Assembly: GCA_002685255.1 (NCBI GenBank)
Contig: NYWU01000016.1
Coordinates: 115,043-179,042, forward strand
Reading direction: 5' to 3'
Length of the DNA stretch: 64,000 nucleotides
Source: Idiomarinaceae bacterium
GTDB lineage: Bacteria; Pseudomonadota; Gammaproteobacteria; Enterobacterales; Alteromonadaceae
The position numbers were made by a program, and so were the translations under genes. Under the pieces are notes generated by a model. That model was not told the DNA's origin. It searched no databases and saw nothing but the letters and a program-made list of their open reading frames with translations. Of the stretch, positions 59,184 through 64,000 are shown one piece after another; the stretch's first letter is position 1; the number at the start of each line of letters is the position of its first letter.

Positions 59184-60755
59184 ATGAAAGATAACGGACC
59201 CATCACCCAAAAAGAACGCAACATTCCCGATAACTATCGGCTGATCTCATCAACGGATCGCAAAGGCATTATTACTCACTGTAATGATGATTTCGTTGAA
59301 GTCAGTGGATATGATCGTAAAGAGCTTATTGGCTCACCACATAATATTCTGCGTCATCCAGATATGCCAGCCGCCGTATTTGAAGATATGTGGCGCACCA
59401 TTAAACGTGGTCACCCCTGGATGGGCTTAGTTAAAAACCGTTGTAAAAATGGCGACCATTACTGGGTTAGTGCATATGTCACCCCCATTATGCATGATGG
59501 TAAGCCAGCCGGTTTTGAATCTGTTCGTGTAAAGACGTCGGATGAACGCAAAGCTCGTGCCTTTGCTATTTATCAACGAATGAACCAAGGCCGCAGTCCA
59601 GTCTCCTTCTCTAAGCGTGCTTTTTATTCCGCTCGTGACCTAACACCGGTATTGATACCTGGTCTTTCTGCTACAGCAGCCGCTGCGTTTTTGGGGTCAA
59701 TAGAGGCTAGTTTAGCGGTGCTAGCAGGTACGGCTATTAGTTGCGTTTGGTACGGCCGCTATATTTCTACTATGCTACAACGCATGCTACAAATACGACC
59801 CGAAGCTTTTGACAGCGAGTTGATCGGTAGCACCTACTTCAATGCTCAGGGTAGAGAAGCCCAATTATCTTTGATGTTGTTGAGCGAGGGGGCGCGCAAT
59901 CGCACTGCGTTGGCTCGTATCAAGGATGCCGTGGGTGGCTTACTGCGCGTCGCCGATGACACGAGTCAACAGGCTAAAACGTCAAATGAGCAGGTACAAC
60001 GTCAAACACAAGCTACTGACCAAACAGCGGCGGCGATGAATCAGATGTCTACTACCATACAAGAAGTCGCGGCAACCGTTGAGCAAAATGCAGAGCAAGC
60101 TGATAACGCCAAGCAAAACACCGATGAAAGTGTCAAGCTCGCACGTCAGGCGAGCGAAGTCATTGTTGAGTTGCACGAAGCCGTTAAACAAATCGCTCAA
60201 ACGGTCGAGGCGCTTGACTCTTCAACAGCAGAAATCGGTGAAGCGGCTGATTTGATATCCTCCATTGCAGAGCAAACCAACCTGCTCGCGCTCAATGCCG
60301 CGATTGAAGCAGCGCGCGCCGGTGAGCATGGACGGGGATTCTCAGTCGTTGCCGACGAGGTGAGAAATCTTGCGCGTAGGACTTCCGAATCAACTGACAG
60401 TATTCATAATGTGATTAATCAGCTACGGGGCCGTGCCAAGGAAGCAGTTACAGTTTCGCAACAAGGTGAAAAATCGGCAGCCGAGGGGGTCGACAAAGTT
60501 AAACGTGCCGACAGTGCGTTGTCTCAAATCTCCGATGCGATTGAACAGATTGCTGACATGTCTACGCAAATGGCGTCGGCTGTTGAGCAACAGTCGGGCG
60601 TAGCCGAGCATATTAATCAACAGCTATCTGAGATTGCGGAAATTGCCCGTCAGACCGAACAAACCTCTGACAATACGCAGAAGTCGAGTGATGAATTGAA
60701 GCGCACATCGTATGAATTATACGAGCTTATTGAGCGCTTCAACCTGAAAGGCTAA
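59184..60755 (+). CDS. aer: Aerotaxis receptor (PAS-MCP)
   Basis: [25 protein letters not shown]; MCP signalling domain. Confidence 0.9.
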   Translation: MKDNGPITQKERNIPDNYRLISSTDRKGIITHCNDDFVEVSGYDRKELIGSPHNILRHPDMPAAVFEDMWRTIKRGHPWMGLVKNRCKNGDHYWVSAYVTPIMHDGKPAGFESVRVKTSDERKARAFAIYQRMNQGRSPVSFSKRAFYSARDLTPVLIPGLSATAAAAFLGSIEASLAVLAGTAISCVWYGRYISTMLQRMLQIRPEAFDSELIGSTYFNAQGREAQLSLMLLSEGARNRTALARIKDAVGGLLRVADDTSQQAKTSNEQVQRQTQATDQTAAAMNQMSTTIQEVAATVEQNAEQADNAKQNTDESVKLARQASEVIVELHEAVKQIAQTVEALDSSTAEIGEAADLISSIAEQTNLLALNAAIEAARAGEHGRGFSVVADEVRNLARRTSESTDSIHNVINQLRGRAKEAVTVSQQGEKSAAEGVDKVKRADSALSQISDAIEQIADMSTQMASAVEQQSGVAEHINQQLSEIAEIARQTEQTSDNTQKSSDELKRTSYELYELIERFNLKG

Positions 60756-61567
60756 TCGGCTTCGTGCTTACTTTCGTGCTGCGCTTCGCGCTGTTGTGCA
60801 GCACGTTGTTTCTCTTCAAGGAATGCGACGTCGTCCATCTCGACTTCGGGTAGTTCACTACAGACATCTCCGCCTAACCGATTCACGGCTTGACATAAAT
60901 CCGAGACTTTTTGATCCAATACGTGAACATGATCAAGCATTCGACCAATGGCTGTTGCAACAGGATCAGGATTATCGGCTGAAATCGCATACGCATCAAA
61001 GCCATAGGCTTTAGCCATTCTGGCACGGCGCTCCGATGTTTCTTTGTCTTGGCCTGACTTCGCCACTCGCGCGGGAATTCCAACCATCGTGGCACCATCA
61101 GGCACATCACGCACCACAACTGCGTTAGACCCAATGCGTGCTTCAGTACCTACAGTCAATGGACCCAGTACTTTCGCTCCTGCTCCAATCACTACGCCGT
61201 CCTTGAGCGTTGGGTGCCGTTTGCCTTTATTCCATGAGGTTCCACCGAGGGTAACGCCGTGATATAGGGTCACATCATCGCCGATCTCAGCGGTCTCGCC
61301 TATCACGACACCCATACCATGATCGATAAAAAATCGGCGTCCAATCTTAGCGCCCGGATGTATCTCGACACCGGTTAACCATCGGCCAATATTTGAAACG
61401 AAACGCGCTAACCAATACAGCTTAAGCTTCCAAAGACGATGACTAAAGCGATGGAGCCAAATCGCGTGTAAACCTGGATAGTTAAAGAGTATTTCAAAGG
61501 CGTTGCGGGCCGCAGGGTCACGGCTATAGACGCTTTTTATATCTTCTCGAATGCCTTTAAATAACAT
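60752..61567 (-). CDS. cysE: Serine O-acetyltransferase
   Basis: [46 protein letters not shown]. Confidence 0.93.
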   Translation of the reverse strand: MLFKGIREDIKSVYSRDPAARNAFEILFNYPGLHAIWLHRFSHRLWKLKLYWLARFVSNIGRWLTGVEIHPGAKIGRRFFIDHGMGVVIGETAEIGDDVTLYHGVTLGGTSWNKGKRHPTLKDGVVIGAGAKVLGPLTVGTEARIGSNAVVVRDVPDGATMVGIPARVAKSGQDKETSERRARMAKAYGFDAYAISADNPDPVATAIGRMLDHVHVLDQKVSDLCQAVNRLGGDVCSELPEVEMDDVAFLEEKQRAAQQREAQHESKHEAD

Positions 61568-61579
61568 CGGCGCTTCCTT

Positions 61580-62038
61580 TTACCGAGTGGGAAACTCACG
61601 CAATAACTTGTCGACGTCAGCTAAAATAACGTCTTTTAATTCAGCCTCGTAACCTTCACGCTCTTTATCGAGTTCTTTGATCTTCTGCTTTGGAAACTTC
61701 TTACGGTTTTCGTGCGTCGGCATGTGTTTAATGCGTTCGTACATGTCGTGCATTGCAGGATAATCTTTCGAGTAGTCATACTCCGTCGATTCAGGACGAT
61801 GATCCAGCAGCACCACAATGCGCAAACATCCTTCAGATAATGGACACTGATCTTGCTGCATGCCTTTAGCAATGGTAATAATGCTTTCGTCGATACGGTC
61901 AACACGCTTTTGCACCGCTTGTTGACGTAACTGATTTTGATAGCGTAGGCGTTTAAGTAGTGTCATAGCATAAACCGCTAAACCTACGATAACGACGACG
62001 CCCAGAATGTATAAAACTATCGCTAATGTAGACATCAA
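61580..62038 (-). CDS. DUF2489-family protein
   Basis: N-terminal TM; SI..IA....Q.QC.LSEG..RI; adjacent to yihI. Confidence 0.8.
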   Translation of the reverse strand: MMSTLAIVLYILGVVVIVGLAVYAMTLLKRLRYQNQLRQQAVQKRVDRIDESIITIAKGMQQDQCPLSEGCLRIVVLLDHRPESTEYDYSKDYPAMHDMYERIKHMPTHENRKKFPKQKIKELDKEREGYEAELKDVILADVDKLLREFPTR

Positions 62039-62490
62039 TACTCCTCGTCATCCCATTCATCGTCATCATCGTCAAGATCGAGACCTAACTGGCTTGCCAG
62101 CTTTTCGTAACGTTCAGATTGCTCGTCGAGATAACGCTGATCATCATTAGACAACACTTCACCCTGCTCAAAGCGCTCAACCAAATCCTGCAATTTTTCA
62201 TCATTTTGCAACTGCTCGAGCGCTTGTTGCGGAGTCAGTGCCGCGACGGCTGCTGTTGAAACAACAGGGCCTAGGTCGATCTTACGCTTACTGCCCTTGC
62301 GTGGATCCGTTTGGGTGTCATTGTTTTGTCCCGTCTGCTGATCACGTTTAGGCTCACTATGGCGTTTACCGGCAGGTTGGCCTTTACCTTTTTTCTTTCC
62401 ACGGGTTAGGTTTTCTACTTGGCGTTTATCTTTTGGCGCTTTCGACGGCGCAAGAGGCCCCGTCTTACGTGTTTTTTTCTTACGAGTCAT
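62035..62490 (-). CDS. yihI: Der GTPase-activating protein YihI
   Basis: basic N-terminus, DPRKGSKRKI.L, L..L.ND..L..L, acidic tail. Confidence 0.85.
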   Translation of the reverse strand: MTRKKKTRKTGPLAPSKAPKDKRQVENLTRGKKKGKGQPAGKRHSEPKRDQQTGQNNDTQTDPRKGSKRKIDLGPVVSTAAVAALTPQQALEQLQNDEKLQDLVERFEQGEVLSNDDQRYLDEQSERYEKLASQLGLDLDDDDDEWDDEEY

Positions 62491-62545
62491 GTGGACTCCT
62501 TATTTCATAGAGTTAGTCCTATTGTAACGCATACACGCATTGTAA

Positions 62546-63193
62546 TCAGCAGGATTTAACACAACGAAAGAAGGTTACTTGGTCGCTCACTCTGTCGACG
62601 TTGAAACCAAACCGTTGCGCAATATAACGATAGGTCTGGTCAGTAAAAAACGAAACATGGGTTAAGTCGTTTTTGTAATGCCAATTGGGAAATACGTCAG
62701 CCGATACATAGGGTTTTGTCATCGTCGCCAACGTACCGCCTGGCTTAACGAGCCGACGTAACTGTATAAACTCTCGTTGCGGATAATAAAAGTGCTCTAT
62801 GACTTCAGTACAGGTCACTACATCGTAGGATTCACTCAGTACCGTTTCATCGGGCGAGTAAATAGGATCATAATGGTTGGCGTCGATCCCCGATTCTTGC
62901 ATCATTAGATGCAACGTGGGGCCAGGTCCTGAACCAAAGTCGAGCGCTGTTTGGTAGTCCAACCTCTGACAAATCGTGTTTAGAGGCTGCCAAAGGCGAT
63001 TTAAGAAGTCTCGGTAGTGTGGATCATGGGGATCGTTTTCGTGTGTTTCGTAAAGACGCTTTTCCTCGTCACGGTCAACGTGCGTAGCGGGATCAGCAAA
63101 AACCAACTGACAATGACAACACTGATGGAAGGAACGTCTTCTATCACGCGCATAAAACTGACTTGGTGAATCACAAAGAGGACATAACAACAT
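62546..63193 (-). CDS. Class I SAM-dependent methyltransferase with N-terminal Zn ribbon
   Basis: CPLC...CCHC, LDFGSGPG, CTEVIEHF, W.YKND.THVSFF; ATG 63193 preferred because the track start 63232 lies inside a terminator stem. Confidence 0.82.
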   Translation of the reverse strand: MLLCPLCDSPSQFYARDRRRSFHQCCHCQLVFADPATHVDRDEEKRLYETHENDPHDPHYRDFLNRLWQPLNTICQRLDYQTALDFGSGPGPTLHLMMQESGIDANHYDPIYSPDETVLSESYDVVTCTEVIEHFYYPQREFIQLRRLVKPGGTLATMTKPYVSADVFPNWHYKNDLTHVSFFTDQTYRYIAQRFGFNVDRVSDQVTFFRCVKSC

Positions 63194-63212
63194 AAAGGGC
63201 TCAATAGAAAAG

Positions 63213-63237
63213 AAAAAAGGCGATGTTTCCATCGCCT
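63213..63237 (-). terminator. Terminator closing the candidate sRNA
   Basis: AGGCGATG-GAAA-CATCGCCT-TTTTT. Confidence 0.85.
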
Positions 63238-63521
63238 CTGTTTCTCATATTCGGCAGCGCACTGCAACTATGAGAATGGTTGTCACTGCTTCCGAGTTTT
63301 TATCTCGGTCTTCCGTAACCTAATTTTCTAGTTGTTGTTATTATAGAAAGGAGCAACCAATACTACTTTTACTCCCTGGATCTCTATTCTATTATTATTG
63401 GTTTTGTGAACCGAAATCCAGAATCGATTTATTGTTATTTTTATGTATCGATTTTATTCGCTGCTTTAGGCAGTCTTATTATTGTTTTGATGCCTCAGGA
63501 GAGGTCATCTCCCTCGGACGC
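63213..63521 (-). ncRNA. Candidate ~310-nt structured sRNA with A-rich (AAN)n loops (CrcZ-like Hfq sponge); 5' end approximate
   Basis: TTGAAC-17-TAGTCT promoter (63555-63527); series of hairpins with loops ACAUAAAAAUAACAAUAA, UAAUAACAACAAC, AUAAAAA plus AAAACAAUAAUAA, AAUAAUAAUA; own terminator; no credible ORF. Confidence 0.6.
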
Positions 63522-63639
63522 TTTAAAGACTACGTATTAATGCGGATGAGTTCAATGATTTTATCGCTCTAAAAATCCATTTTTTTATAACATTTTTGTT
63601 TATAAGACGTAAAAAACGCATAAATCTATAACATATGAT

Positions 63640-63668
63640 AAAAAAAGGGTGGCATTTGAGCCACCCTT
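63640..63668 (-). terminator. Terminator of the cytochrome c4 gene
   Basis: AAGGGTGGC-tcaaat-GCCACCCTTTTTTT. Confidence 0.88.
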
Positions 63669-63686
63669 CATGAATAAACTTTTTTC

Positions 63687-64000
63687 TTAATAAAGACCGT
63701 GCAGGTACTCAGCAAGTAATTTCATCTCTTCATCGGTCATTTTTGCAGCAACACCGCGCATCATACCGTTAGGGTCGTTTGCACGTTTACCACTACGAAA
63801 ATTCTCAAGCTGAGAAATTATGTACGCAGGGTGTTGTCCTGAAATGTCAGGGAACGCTGCGAGGCCCATTCCGTTACCGCGTGGTCCGTGACAACCTGCA
63901 CACGAGGGAATCTTAGTATCAGGGTTGCCGCGGCGATAAAAATCCGCACCTTTCGCGATTAAGTCCTCGGGCGTGTCGCCTTTCGCAGGATCTTGAGCTG
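63687..64000 (-). CDS. Cytochrome c4 (diheme), C-terminal domain; truncated by window edge
   Basis: IPSCAGCHGPRGNG, FPDISGQH..Y...QL..FR...R.ND...MM. Confidence 0.88.
   Translation of the reverse strand, partial: AQDPAKGDTPEDLIAKGADFYRRGNPDTKIPSCAGCHGPRGNGMGLAAFPDISGQHPAYIISQLENFRSGKRANDPNGMMRGVAAKMTDEEMKLLAEYLHGLY

Noticed and set aside
160-61905. Dozens of 60-135-aa ORFs in the track overlapping long genes
   Set aside because: Antisense or alternate-frame shadows of well-supported CDSs, with no motifs or RBS support.
63194-63232. ORF-track N-terminal extension of the methyltransferase (METSPFFFSIEPF)
   Set aside because: It is read through a terminator stem and U-tract; ATG 63193 gives the family-typical MxxCPLC start.
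63213-63521. Calling the candidate sRNA CsrB/CsrC because of its position near yihI
   Set aside because: Only about 6 GGA motifs in 310 nt, mostly not in loops; the loops are AAN-rich, not AGGA-rich.
63516-63526. Possible pairing of the sRNA 5' end (UAAAGCGUCC) with the S9C leader GGACGCAUUA
   Set aside because: Short match with a mismatch that depends on an unmapped TSS; needs IntaRNA and RACE before it means anything.

Overview
Gammaproteobacterial chromosome segment. The gene content (very peptidase-rich, stand-alone sufBCDSA-sufT-sufE, yihI/DUF2489/cytochrome c4 locus) suggests Idiomarina/Pseudidiomarina (inference, not searched). Core content: gcdH, MCP-hemerythrin, ppk-ppx, ompW, yebC, a PlcP-like phosphoesterase, a diguanylate cyclase, suf operon, several large peptidases, ybiT, tRNA-Arg(CCG), TonB receptor, alr, purEK, csp, aer, cysE, yihI and cytochrome c4 (partial). 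Best candidates for novelty: (1) an unannotated ~310-nt structured RNA (63213-~63521, minus) with its own promoter and terminator and AAN-repeat loops, CrcZ/Hfq-sponge-like, with matching A-rich motifs in peptidase leaders; (2) a eukaryote-type CANT1/Cimex apyrase translationally coupled to a signal-less PhoD-like gene, convergent on an operon encoding a membrane pseudo-phosphoesterase-GT4 fusion, a flippase-like protein, an SDR and DgkA; (3) an integrase-less, layered island remnant at tRNA-Arg with two att scars, arm-type repeats, a 12-codon csrA stub and an adjacent hipBA with three phased operators. Several FNR, PhoB, IscR and Fur sites are readable directly. No CRISPR array, rRNA, transposase or integrase was seen. 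All assignments come from motif recognition by eye; no database searches were run.
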